Positions 36,891 through 45,475 are shown, numbered from the stretch's first letter. The stretch: DNA of 64,000 nt from Akkermansia sp. (GCA_044433085.1 JAWXTZ010000001.1:53918-117917), one strand, 5' to 3'. Translations and numbers: made by a program. Notes: generated from the sequence alone by a model not told the origin.

Positions 36891-37817
36891 ATGAAAAACA
36901 TAATCGCCGCTGTAAGTATGGCCGCTTTGGCCTTGACAGGTAGCCTGATGGCCCATGCTCAAGAAACAATGACCGCCACTCACCTTAAGGGTACGGTCAC
37001 ATTGCCAATCGCCCCTAAGCGCGTGGTCGTCCTTGACTATTCTACCTTGGATACCATGCAAGCCTTGGGTGTAGAAGCTGAAATTGCCCTCTCCAAGCAA
37101 CTTTGCCCTTCCTTTATCAGCAAGTACAAAGATGCCAAGTACACCGATGTTGGTGGTCTGAAACAATTCAATTTAGAAACCGTTAACGCATTCAAACCCG
37201 ATTGCATCATTATTTCTGGACGCCAAGCTGATTACTATGATGAGTTGAGCAAGATTGCCCCTGTCTACGTCATCAACCGCATGGACAAAGAACCCCTGAC
37301 CGCAGCACTCGACGACATTAAATTGATTGGTCAACTATTCCAAAAGGAAGAGGCAGCACAAGCGATTGTCACCAAAATTGAAGCAGCCATCGCCCGCACC
37401 AATGCCAAGGCTAAAGCCAGCAAGAAGAAGGCCTTGGTCGTGCTTACGAACGATGGTAAAATCATGGCCTATGGTTCAGGAAGCCGCTTCGGCATGGTTC
37501 ACGATGCCCTTGGACTTGAGCAAGTAGATACCCATATCAAAACAACAGGTAATCACGGACAACAAGTTAATTACGAGTATATCGCACTTAAAAATCCCGA
37601 TATCATTTATGTGGTTGACCGTTCCATTGCCATTGGTCAAGACAGCAAGTCGGTCAAGCTGGTGAGCAACAAGCTCGTCACCCGCACCAAGGCTGCTAAG
37701 AATGATTGCATCATTCAATTAACACCTGCCATTTGGTACCTCACCGGTGGTGGTGCTACCGCAACCATGACCATGGTTGAAGAAATTGAAAAGGGCATTG
37801 ATCAAGCAAGTAAGTAA
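36891..37817 (+). CDS. Siderophore-binding periplasmic protein (CeuE/YclQ/FatB type)
   Basis: PKRVVVLD, PD.IIISGRQ, AYG.GSRFG, HGQ.V.YE, NPD.IYVVDR..AIG, WYL.GGG. Confidence 0.92.
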   Translation: MKNIIAAVSMAALALTGSLMAHAQETMTATHLKGTVTLPIAPKRVVVLDYSTLDTMQALGVEAEIALSKQLCPSFISKYKDAKYTDVGGLKQFNLETVNAFKPDCIIISGRQADYYDELSKIAPVYVINRMDKEPLTAALDDIKLIGQLFQKEEAAQAIVTKIEAAIARTNAKAKASKKKALVVLTNDGKIMAYGSGSRFGMVHDALGLEQVDTHIKTTGNHGQQVNYEYIALKNPDIIYVVDRSIAIGQDSKSVKLVSNKLVTRTKAAKNDCIIQLTPAIWYLTGGGATATMTMVEEIEKGIDQASK

Positions 37818-37840
37818 ATCATCCTAAGTCTTATTAAGTG

Positions 37841-37877
37841 AACGCGGCTCATTCATCAGGATGGGTTGCGTTTCTTT
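37841..37877 (+). terminator. Rho-independent terminator
   Basis: AACGCGGCTCATTC-atca-GGATGGGTTGCGTT-TCTTT. Confidence 0.6.
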
Positions 37878-37892
37878 ATGTTGATTAGCTCC

Positions 37893-39137
37893 TTACTTCG
37901 CTTGTCTCGGTGTCCGCAAAAGCGGCAGCGTCATGAGAAAGAGCAGTCCGATAGCCAGCATCATGCTTCGAAAGTCGTGGTGTTGAGCAATCCAAGTCAG
38001 CGTTGGCGCCAAAATAGCTAGACTTAAGGATTTGAGCTGGGATGAAATACTAAGTACGGATGTTCGTAAGTTTTTGGCGATGTGTTCTTCAATCTCATCA
38101 ATCCAGATGGGTTTTCGAAGGTTGAGCAGTAGATAAAGAATCAGGTAAAGGGCACAGACAGGCAAGTACGCGTGGGAGACGATTGCGATAAATCCAAAGA
38201 TAAGCCCTGTGATGAGGTGGATGAGCCAGAGGGTATTCCTACAGCTAAATCGTTGGCGTAACCAATAAGCCTTCCGCGATGAAAGTGCCGCAGCAAGATT
38301 AAAGAGAACGTAGACGAGCCCTAGAAGAATGTTAAGGTTTTGACTGGGGGAGCAGGAGGCAATGAGGACAAATCCGCTTGAGAGGATGATGACCTGCAAT
38401 AGGGGTTGAATGATGTCTTTGCTGAAAGAGAGGCTGGCTTCATAGATTCCTTCTTCCAGCAGGAGTCGCCAGAGCATGAAGTTGCCTTTTAAATGATGAA
38501 ATAAATCGCGACAAAAGAAGTTGAGACTTTGATTTTTTTTACAGTCCCGAGAATCTAAGTAGCTAGGGTAGCTTGCAATAAGTAGCAAATCTAGAAGGTA
38601 GGGGATGACTGCGAAAAGGAAGAGAGCCGATGGCTGTTCAACCCAAAGCAGAATAGCGATGCCGATTAAGGAGCTGAGGGCTGTGCCAATCAAGGAGTAG
38701 GATCGCGTCAGTCCGTATAGGAATGTTTTTTCGCTGCGCAAGTTATTCACATCTAGGTAGGTGTATATGAATGCTTTATGGGTGCCCGAGCGGAAGGCTT
38801 CCCCGAGACCAAAGAAAAACATCGCTGTAGCAGCTCCCCAAAAGTTAAAACAAAAGGCAAAGCTGATGAATGAGATGATGTAGAAAATAAAGCAACTACA
38901 AAGTTCTTTCTTGCGACCAAAATGGTCAGCTATCAGCCCCGAAGGGATTTCGAAGAGTTGGATGCTTAGCTCTCGAATGGAAATGAGGAACCCAATTTCC
39001 ACCATAGAGATGTTCTTAGAAAGAAGATAGAGAAAGAGGAATGGCTCAAAAAAACGGAGGTTTTTAAGAAATCCATAGGCGCAAAATTTTTTGACTAAGA
39101 TATCAGCTCGCAGTTGTTCCTGTTGGTCGCTTATCAT
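37893..39137 (-). CDS. MFS transporter
   Basis: FEIPSG.IAD.FGRK motif A, FRSGT.KA, about 12 TM segments. Confidence 0.88.
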   Translation of the reverse strand: MISDQQEQLRADILVKKFCAYGFLKNLRFFEPFLFLYLLSKNISMVEIGFLISIRELSIQLFEIPSGLIADHFGRKKELCSCFIFYIISFISFAFCFNFWGAATAMFFFGLGEAFRSGTHKAFIYTYLDVNNLRSEKTFLYGLTRSYSLIGTALSSLIGIAILLWVEQPSALFLFAVIPYLLDLLLIASYPSYLDSRDCKKNQSLNFFCRDLFHHLKGNFMLWRLLLEEGIYEASLSFSKDIIQPLLQVIILSSGFVLIASCSPSQNLNILLGLVYVLFNLAAALSSRKAYWLRQRFSCRNTLWLIHLITGLIFGFIAIVSHAYLPVCALYLILYLLLNLRKPIWIDEIEEHIAKNLRTSVLSISSQLKSLSLAILAPTLTWIAQHHDFRSMMLAIGLLFLMTLPLLRTPRQAK

Positions 39138-39234
39138 CGCTTGTTTGCCGAGTATAACACGCCATCTCGCAAAAGCAAGCTTGATGATAATGATAGGGTA
39201 TCATAAGTTAGAGCGACTAATTATGAAATTTTTG

Positions 39235-39290
39235 TTGACAAAAATGTGCGCTGGGGCTAACATCTGTCTGGCAAGTTAAATTTTACTAAC
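39235..39290 (+). promoter_or_regulatory. feoA promoter plus palindromic operator
   Basis: TTGACA(39235)-17-TAACAT(39258); GTTAAATTTTACTAAC at 39275-39290; variant GTTAGAGCGACTAAT at 39207-39221. Confidence 0.7.
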
Positions 39291-39292
39291 AC

Positions 39293-39529
39293 ATGAAGGA
39301 TAACAATAATACGACCTTAAATAAGTCGAAAGTCGGTAGCACTGTGACCATTGCGAATGTTATGGGGCAGGGTGCTTTACGCCAGCGGATTCTAGATATG
39401 GGGCTGACGAGGGGCACAAAAGTTCAAATTTTAAAACTCGCACCCTTGGGTGACCCAATGGAAATTTCTATCCGAGGCTATGAGCTCTCACTGCGTAAAG
39501 CTGAGGCTGAGCAGATTGTTGTAGGATAA
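39293..39529 (+). CDS. feoA: Ferrous iron transport protein A
   Basis: RILDMGLT.G, APLGDPMEI..RGYELSLRK.EA. Confidence 0.96.
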   Translation: MKDNNNTTLNKSKVGSTVTIANVMGQGALRQRILDMGLTRGTKVQILKLAPLGDPMEISIRGYELSLRKAEAEQIVVG

Positions 39530-39545
39530 TTTTTTTGATTTAAAA

Positions 39546-39561
39546 GTTAGTACTAGCTAAA
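39546..39561. promoter_or_regulatory. Palindromic operator directly before feoB
   Basis: GTTAGTACTAGCTAAA abutting the feoB ATG. Confidence 0.6.
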
Positions 39562-42252
39562 ATGAAAAGACATATTGCACTCTTGGGTAACCCAAATTCG
39601 GGTAAGACAACCCTATTCAATGAGCTGACAGGCTCCAATCAATACGTGGGCAACTGGCCAGGCGTAACCGTTGAATACAAAAAAGGTCAGTTGGTCGATG
39701 CTGATAGCATTGAGATTATTGACCTTCCAGGTATTTATTCCCTTTCTCCCTATTCTCCCGAGGAAGTTCGCACCTATGAATACTTGACGAGCGAGGAACC
39801 AACACTAATCCTCAATATCGTCGATGTGACGAACCTTGAACGCAACCTCTATTTGACAACTCAATTGTTGGAGTTTGGCTTGCCCGTCATCGTCGCCCTG
39901 AACATGGTTGACGTGGCTGCAAAGCGAGGCTACAAAATTGATATCAAGAATTTGTCTGAAGAGTTAGGCTGCCCCGTTGTGGAGGTAAGCGCGCTTCGCC
40001 GTACAGGTCTTATCGAATTGAAGAAGCTGCTCGCAGGTGAATTACCTAGCGATCCTAAGCCCATGACCTTTAATGAGCCGCTGGAAGCCGCGATTCGAGA
40101 AGTTCGTTCTCATTTGCGTTGCACACGCGAGCAAGTTTGTAAGCTGCTTCAACGCGATGCCCGCATCATTGAAAAGTTGCAGGTTTCTGATGAGCATAAG
40201 GAGCTTATCGAAGCTCAAATTGCATCGATTGAGTCGCAATGTGGTGATGATATGGCATCCATCCTCGCCTCATCACGCTACGATCATATTGAGGAAGTCG
40301 CCAAAGCGACTGTTATCAAGGCTGGTGAAGAACGTGCTCATGGCTCCATGCTTGACCGTGTTTTGACTCATCGCGTCCTTGGTTTGGGTATTTTTGCGGC
40401 CATCATGTGGTGCATTTACTACATTTCCATCACGACTGTTGGTGACTGGGGAACAGCTTGGGCGAATGATTTTGTCTTTGGTCCCGTTGTCGGTGGCTGG
40501 CTTGCTGGTTTTATTGGTGACGCTGCTGCCCCCTTGGAAAGTGTGACCTTGCTTAGCGCCTTGCTTTGCATGTTCATCATCTATCCCGCCAGCATGAAGC
40601 GTCTGCACGACTTAGGCTTTAGCGGTAACTGGCTCTACCTTGCCCTGCTTCCTTATTTGCTGCAATACGCTTGCCCTCAAATGCCTGAAGCAGCCCACAA
40701 CATTGTGATGTATGTGTTGCTTGCGGCTAATACGGGTCTGCTCGCCTTGATGTTCTTTGCCCCAGGGCAAAAGAAGAATAATGACTATGGTCGTACCGCA
40801 CCTTCCTTCAAATGGGATTTGTTCGGTGGTTCTGGTCGTAGCGGTCGCAGGGAATATATTGCCAAATTCCTTGTCTTGAGCCTGATTTCTTTTGGCATTG
40901 GCTGCCTTGGATTCTTGGAACTCAATTGCAGCGAGCAAGTCCAAAGCCTCATTGGTGATGGTATCGTCGGTGGTGTTGGTGCCGTTCTCGGATTCCTTCC
41001 TCAGATGGCTGTCCTCTTCATGCTCCTCACCTTGCTTGAGGACTGCGGCTACATGGCACGTGTTGCCTTTATGATGGACCGCATCTTCCGCACCATTGGT
41101 CTGTCGGGTAAATCCTTCATTCCACTCCTTGTTTCCATGGGCTGCGGTATCCCTGGTGTCATGGCAACCCGTACGATTGAAAATGAAAAAGACCGTCGCA
41201 TGACCATCATGCTGACCACCTTTGTTCCCTGTGGTGCTAAGCTCCCTATCATTGCGATGATTGGTTTGCTGCTCGGTCAAAGCGAAACTGTGGCCACAAT
41301 CGCCTACTTTGCTGGTATTGGTTCTGTTATTTTGGGTGGTCTGATGCTTCGCAAGACCAAGGCCTTCAGCGGTGGTTATACCCCATTCGTCATGGAATTG
41401 CCTGACTACCATGTCCCATCCATGAGCAATATCAGCATGCGCTCCATGGAACGCTGCACCGCATTCGTTAAGAAAGCAGGTACGGTTATCGTGATTGCCT
41501 GCGGTACCATCTGGGCTACAAGCAGCTACAACAGCAGCTTTGAATACCTTGGTGAAGATGAAATCGAAGAGAGCATGCTTGCTGTCGCTGGTAATGCTGT
41601 AGCTCCTATCTTTGCTCCACTCGGTTGGGGCGAATGGAAGCCCGCTGTGGCTACTGTAACGGGTCTCGTGGCTAAGGAACAGGTTTTAGGTACTTTTGGT
41701 GTCCTCTATGCAGGCAGTGCTGCTGCTGATGAGCCTGAAGTTGCAGGCGAGGAGGAAGAGGAAATTTCCCCAGAAGAAGAATTCCCACGTACTTCCATGC
41801 TGCCTAAGTATAATGCACTTAGCGCACTGAGTATGGGCTTGCTTCAAGCAACACAGCCTGCGCTCAACACCGCCCTTCCTGAAGTCGCGGAAGCGGAAGA
41901 AGATGAAGATGAAGAAGCTGAAACACGTGGTATCGTTGCCGATATCAAGGCTGCTGGTGCCTTCACCACGCTCAGCGCCTTCTCCTTCATGTTATTCAAC
42001 TTGCTCTGTGCTCCTTGCTTCGCTGCTTGCGGTGCTATCCGTCGCGAAATGAACAGTGGACTTTGGACCATGGCCGCTATCGCTTACATGTGCGTTTGGG
42101 CTTACATCGTCGCCTTCCTTGTCTTCCAATTCGGTACATGGGGCGCAACCCAAAAGTTTGGCATTGGTACAGGTATCGCCTGTCTCTTAGCGGCCTTCGT
42201 CTTCTACCGCTTGTTCCGCAAGTATGATTCGGAAGAAACATTAAGCAAGTAA
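39562..42252 (+). CDS. feoB: Ferrous iron transport protein B with DUF805-like and acidic insertions
   Basis: GNPNSGKTT, VGNWPGVTVE, DLPG, NMVD, GYMAR.AF, GC..PG, FVMELP.Y, AKE.V, LC.PC. Confidence 0.96.
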   Translation: MKRHIALLGNPNSGKTTLFNELTGSNQYVGNWPGVTVEYKKGQLVDADSIEIIDLPGIYSLSPYSPEEVRTYEYLTSEEPTLILNIVDVTNLERNLYLTTQLLEFGLPVIVALNMVDVAAKRGYKIDIKNLSEELGCPVVEVSALRRTGLIELKKLLAGELPSDPKPMTFNEPLEAAIREVRSHLRCTREQVCKLLQRDARIIEKLQVSDEHKELIEAQIASIESQCGDDMASILASSRYDHIEEVAKATVIKAGEERAHGSMLDRVLTHRVLGLGIFAAIMWCIYYISITTVGDWGTAWANDFVFGPVVGGWLAGFIGDAAAPLESVTLLSALLCMFIIYPASMKRLHDLGFSGNWLYLALLPYLLQYACPQMPEAAHNIVMYVLLAANTGLLALMFFAPGQKKNNDYGRTAPSFKWDLFGGSGRSGRREYIAKFLVLSLISFGIGCLGFLELNCSEQVQSLIGDGIVGGVGAVLGFLPQMAVLFMLLTLLEDCGYMARVAFMMDRIFRTIGLSGKSFIPLLVSMGCGIPGVMATRTIENEKDRRMTIMLTTFVPCGAKLPIIAMIGLLLGQSETVATIAYFAGIGSVILGGLMLRKTKAFSGGYTPFVMELPDYHVPSMSNISMRSMERCTAFVKKAGTVIVIACGTIWATSSYNSSFEYLGEDEIEESMLAVAGNAVAPIFAPLGWGEWKPAVATVTGLVAKEQVLGTFGVLYAGSAAADEPEVAGEEEEEISPEEEFPRTSMLPKYNALSALSMGLLQATQPALNTALPEVAEAEEDEDEEAETRGIVADIKAAGAFTTLSAFSFMLFNLLCAPCFAACGAIRREMNSGLWTMAAIAYMCVWAYIVAFLVFQFGTWGATQKFGIGTGIACLLAAFVFYRLFRKYDSEETLSK

Positions 42253-42260
42253 TATCGCGC

Positions 42261-42419
42261 ATGTGGCAAGATCTCATTATATTGATTCCACTAGCTCTCT
42301 TTGTCGTCTTTGTTATTGTACGCATGGCATTAGGAGCTAAGAAAAAGGGTGCTTGCTCAGGCTGCTGTGGATGCTCCGGTAAAAGCTGCTGCCACGATAA
42401 GGATAAACATCAAAAATAA
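42261..42419 (+). CDS. FeoB-associated Cys-rich small membrane protein (absent from the ORF track)
   Basis: MWQDLIILIPLALFVVFVIVRMALGAKKKGACSGCCGCSGKSCCHDKDKHQK*, 8 nt after feoB. Confidence 0.85.
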   Translation: MWQDLIILIPLALFVVFVIVRMALGAKKKGACSGCCGCSGKSCCHDKDKHQK

Positions 42420-42520
42420 CGATACGGTTACAGATAGCGCAGCGATTGTAAAAAATCGCTGCGCCATCCAAAAAAATAAAAAATATAAAGAAAGAAAAAC
42501 ATTTTTATTTATATTTTTTC

Positions 42521-42549
42521 TTGACTTATATGTTATTTTAAGCTAACAT
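42521..42549 (+). promoter_or_regulatory. Porin promoter overlapped by a palindromic operator
   Basis: TTGACT-17-TAACAT; GTTATTTTAAGCTAAC at 42532-42547. Confidence 0.65.
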
Positions 42550-42637
42550 AACTTCAGAGAGAACGAAATCTTAAATCAAGTAACTAAACGTAGTAGATAT
42601 AATTATTCGTAATCATTAATATTTTTTTAATCATATA

Positions 42638-42653
42638 GTTAGCTTTGACTAAT
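42638..42653. promoter_or_regulatory. Second palindromic operator upstream of the porin
   Basis: GTTAGCTTTGACTAAT. Confidence 0.65.
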
Positions 42654-42810
42654 ATCTAAGGAGTAAAGCTGACCAAAAAATTTCCCCCGCACAGTCGATA
42701 TCACCATTGTATTATAAACCATCACTGTTCTTTTCAGCTTTTCGTCGGGCTGATGAGTTCGCGGGGGACAACCCTTCCAATTACTACCCAATAAAAACAA
42801 ACATAATCAT

Positions 42811-44031
42811 ATGAAAATAACAGCAAAAGCAATCCTAATCGCACTTGCAGCCTCCGCAACAGCCTTCGCCGGCGCCGCAACAACAGTTGCTCCTAATCCA
42901 TGCCCTGAAGAAGTTACTTCCTCCGGCATTTATGATGGAAACCTCTTCGCTCCAGAAGACGGTGATCCTGCTTACAAGATTGCTGCTAACGAAAAGTATG
43001 GCTTCCAATTCGCTGGTGATATGGCCGTCGGCTACTGGAACAACAACAATGGCATGGATAGTTCTGCTGACAACAGCACCTACTACCTCTTCCACGGTCA
43101 AGCTGCTAAAAACCTCATCAAGGACAATGTGAACGGTGGTCTCTGGTTCCGTACCGAACTTTCCATCAGCGTTGCTTTGGATCGCGACTCTCGTCATGAT
43201 GAAGCTGACTTTAACGGTGCAGCTGGTTCCATCACAGCACCTCACGCTGACATCATGGGACCTAACAATGTTGCCATTCCAGAAATGCTCTTGACTCAAT
43301 ACTACAACAAGAAGAAGCTCGCTGTTAGCTTCGGTATGGTCAACTTGACCAACTACTTTGATGCTGTTGGCATCGCTAACGACTCCTTCGGTAGCTTCAC
43401 CAACTCTGGATTGGTTAACTCCACCATCCTTCCTCTCGTAGATAGCAACCTCGGTACAGTTGTTCAATACCAAATCAATGATGACAACTACGCCATGGTC
43501 GCAGCCTCCCGCACCTGCACTGAAACTGGTTACAATCCATTCCGTTCCGGTCGTGGTTATGCCCTTGTTGGTGAATACGGTTACACCTTCGCTGATGGTG
43601 ATGCAACACTCCGTGTAAACCCATTCATGGACGCTCAAGAAGGTGATGCTGGATACGACTACAACGTTGGTCTCGTTGCTAGCATCGAATACGCCCTCAA
43701 CGACAATGTAACTGTTTACGCCCGTGCTGGTTTCAGCGGTGACGACAATCTCGGCAACGGTGCAGAACTGAGCTTTGGTACACACATCCGTCCATTCTCC
43801 AGCCGCGAAGACGACTTTGTCGGTATCGCTTACTGCTTCACCAAGCCAGCTGGTTGTGATGACGATTCCGAAATCGGTAGCAGCGAAAACGTTCTCGAAG
43901 TGATTTACAGCCTTCAATTGACTGATACGGTTAAGCTTGTTCCTCACTTCCAATACATCCACGGTGCTGCTGACCAAGCTGCTAAGCAAGATCAATGCAT
44001 CTTCGGTGTACAAACTGTATACTCCTTCTAA
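42811..44031 (+). CDS. OprB-like outer-membrane porin
   Basis: Signal peptide; NYFD....AND....F.N motif, RP....DD.VG.A, E...EV.Y..Q.T....L.P.FQYI, terminal YSF; strongly biased codons. Confidence 0.8.
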   Translation: MKITAKAILIALAASATAFAGAATTVAPNPCPEEVTSSGIYDGNLFAPEDGDPAYKIAANEKYGFQFAGDMAVGYWNNNNGMDSSADNSTYYLFHGQAAKNLIKDNVNGGLWFRTELSISVALDRDSRHDEADFNGAAGSITAPHADIMGPNNVAIPEMLLTQYYNKKKLAVSFGMVNLTNYFDAVGIANDSFGSFTNSGLVNSTILPLVDSNLGTVVQYQINDDNYAMVAASRTCTETGYNPFRSGRGYALVGEYGYTFADGDATLRVNPFMDAQEGDAGYDYNVGLVASIEYALNDNVTVYARAGFSGDDNLGNGAELSFGTHIRPFSSREDDFVGIAYCFTKPAGCDDDSEIGSSENVLEVIYSLQLTDTVKLVPHFQYIHGAADQAAKQDQCIFGVQTVYSF

Positions 44032-44227
44032 GACTTCAAACAGGGTCAGAACTGTCTGATAAGCAAAGGGATTGCTCAGGCACTGCGAGGTGCATGGCCT
44101 GAGCAAAGAAGCCAAACAAGGTAAGGAGCGAACTGTTCCACTCTGAACCTATGCGCGGCTGGGGCTGCACCAATTCAACTGGTGCAGCCCATTTGCTTGA
44201 GACGATGACTTGTAGAAAACTTACATC

Positions 44228-44653
44228 ATGAATATTGCACTTATTTACACAAGCATGACGGGCAACACCGAAGCCATGGCTGAGGCCATTGCCGATGCTG
44301 CCCAAGCTGCAGGCGCCGACGTAACTAGCATTCAAGCTGGCGACCCACGTGCTGCTACCATCCTTGATCGCGACATCATCGTTCTCGGCAGCCCAGCCAT
44401 GGGTGATGAAGAACTTGAGTCCAGCGAGATGGAACCCTTCTTCAGCGAAATGGAAGCCGACCTGACCGGTAAGAAGATTGCCCTCTTCGGTTCCTACGAC
44501 TGGGGTGATGGTCAATGGATGCGCGATTGGGAAGAACGCGTCACTGCCGCTGGTGGTACCCTCGTTCAACCAGGTCTCATCTGCCACCTCGAACCTGAGG
44601 ATGAAAGTCTTGAAGCATGTGTCGCCTTTGGCAAGGCCCTTGCTGAAGCTTAA
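44228..44653 (+). CDS. Short-chain flavodoxin
   Basis: YTSMTGNTEAMA, LGSPAMG.E.LE, LFGSYDWGDGQWMRDW. Confidence 0.95.
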   Translation: MNIALIYTSMTGNTEAMAEAIADAAQAAGADVTSIQAGDPRAATILDRDIIVLGSPAMGDEELESSEMEPFFSEMEADLTGKKIALFGSYDWGDGQWMRDWEERVTAAGGTLVQPGLICHLEPEDESLEACVAFGKALAEA

Positions 44654-44659
44654 TAAAGT

Positions 44660-45400
44660 TTAACTTTCAAACAGTTGAAGCATGCGCCCGTTTTGCGCAT
44701 AGCTTCTGGCGTCAAGTCCGTTTCTATTCTTCATGGCGGATTTGGCGCCTTTTTCTTGTAGTAATTCTACGCAGTCCATGTTGCCCATGATGGCGGCATG
44801 CATCAGGGGGCTAAGGTCATCATCCCCCAAAACATTGACCTGTGCGCCCGAGTCGAGTAGCAGCTCGACGATGGGCACTTGCCCCGCAATGATGGCACTG
44901 CACAGCAAGCTGTAGCCATCTAACTTGCTTTCGGGGCTAAGCCCAGATTGCAGCATGTGCTTTAGGAATGACTTGTTGCCATATTCGACTGCGACAAAAC
45001 GGGTCACTCGCGCTTCTTGCGATTGGGCATCGTAGCTCGGTGGTAGCTGCTCCATTTGACCAAAGGCTACTTGTCGAAGCAGGGCGAGAGCTTCCTGCTG
45101 GTTATCTTCGGGCAGGTAGTAGCTCCACAACTCATCATCAAAGTTAATGGGCTTTTGATTGAGGGAGCCAGAGAGCTGAAGCCCCAGCATGCCCATGAAG
45201 GCAATCGTCCACATGGCGTTGGTAAAGATGCTGCGTTGCGTCATGGCTTTGGCGAGTGCCAGGGTTGCATTGGCAATGAGTGCTGCAGCAGCCAGCCCTA
45301 CCGCAAAAGCTACCCACTGGGGAGACAAACCAAAGGTGCTCGCAGCAGCAAGCAGAATGAGCAGGGTGAGGATAATCGGGTTGAGCCAAAGTCGTATCAT
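44660..45400 (-). CDS. Membrane-anchored ankyrin repeat protein
   Basis: Three N-terminal TM helices; C-terminal SLLCSAI..G...VELLL.SGA.VN and SPLMHAA..G repeats. Confidence 0.75.
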   Translation of the reverse strand: MIRLWLNPIILTLLILLAAASTFGLSPQWVAFAVGLAAAALIANATLALAKAMTQRSIFTNAMWTIAFMGMLGLQLSGSLNQKPINFDDELWSYYLPEDNQQEALALLRQVAFGQMEQLPPSYDAQSQEARVTRFVAVEYGNKSFLKHMLQSGLSPESKLDGYSLLCSAIIAGQVPIVELLLDSGAQVNVLGDDDLSPLMHAAIMGNMDCVELLQEKGAKSAMKNRNGLDARSYAQNGRMLQLFES

Positions 45401-45475
45401 GCACCCTACTGTAGCAGGCTAGGGCAGGTCTTTCAAGAAGAAAGGACCGAGTCGCTGCGCTCCAATGAGGGAACT

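Noticed and set aside
42690-42765. Fluoride riboswitch or hammerhead ribozyme (GCTGATGA present)
   Set aside because: Lacks the GGxGAUGGxG 5' motif/pseudoknot of the fluoride riboswitch and the GAAA core of a hammerhead
42835-44115. 426-aa ORF on the - strand
   Set aside because: Antisense shadow of the strongly codon-biased porin gene
44041-44192. 6S RNA, FMN or NiCo riboswitch before flavodoxin
   Set aside because: No matching conserved cores; kept only as an unnamed structure
44211-44225. TGTAGAAAACTTACA as another operator before flavodoxin
   Set aside because: Does not fit GTTAG-N6-CTAAC spacing or half-sites
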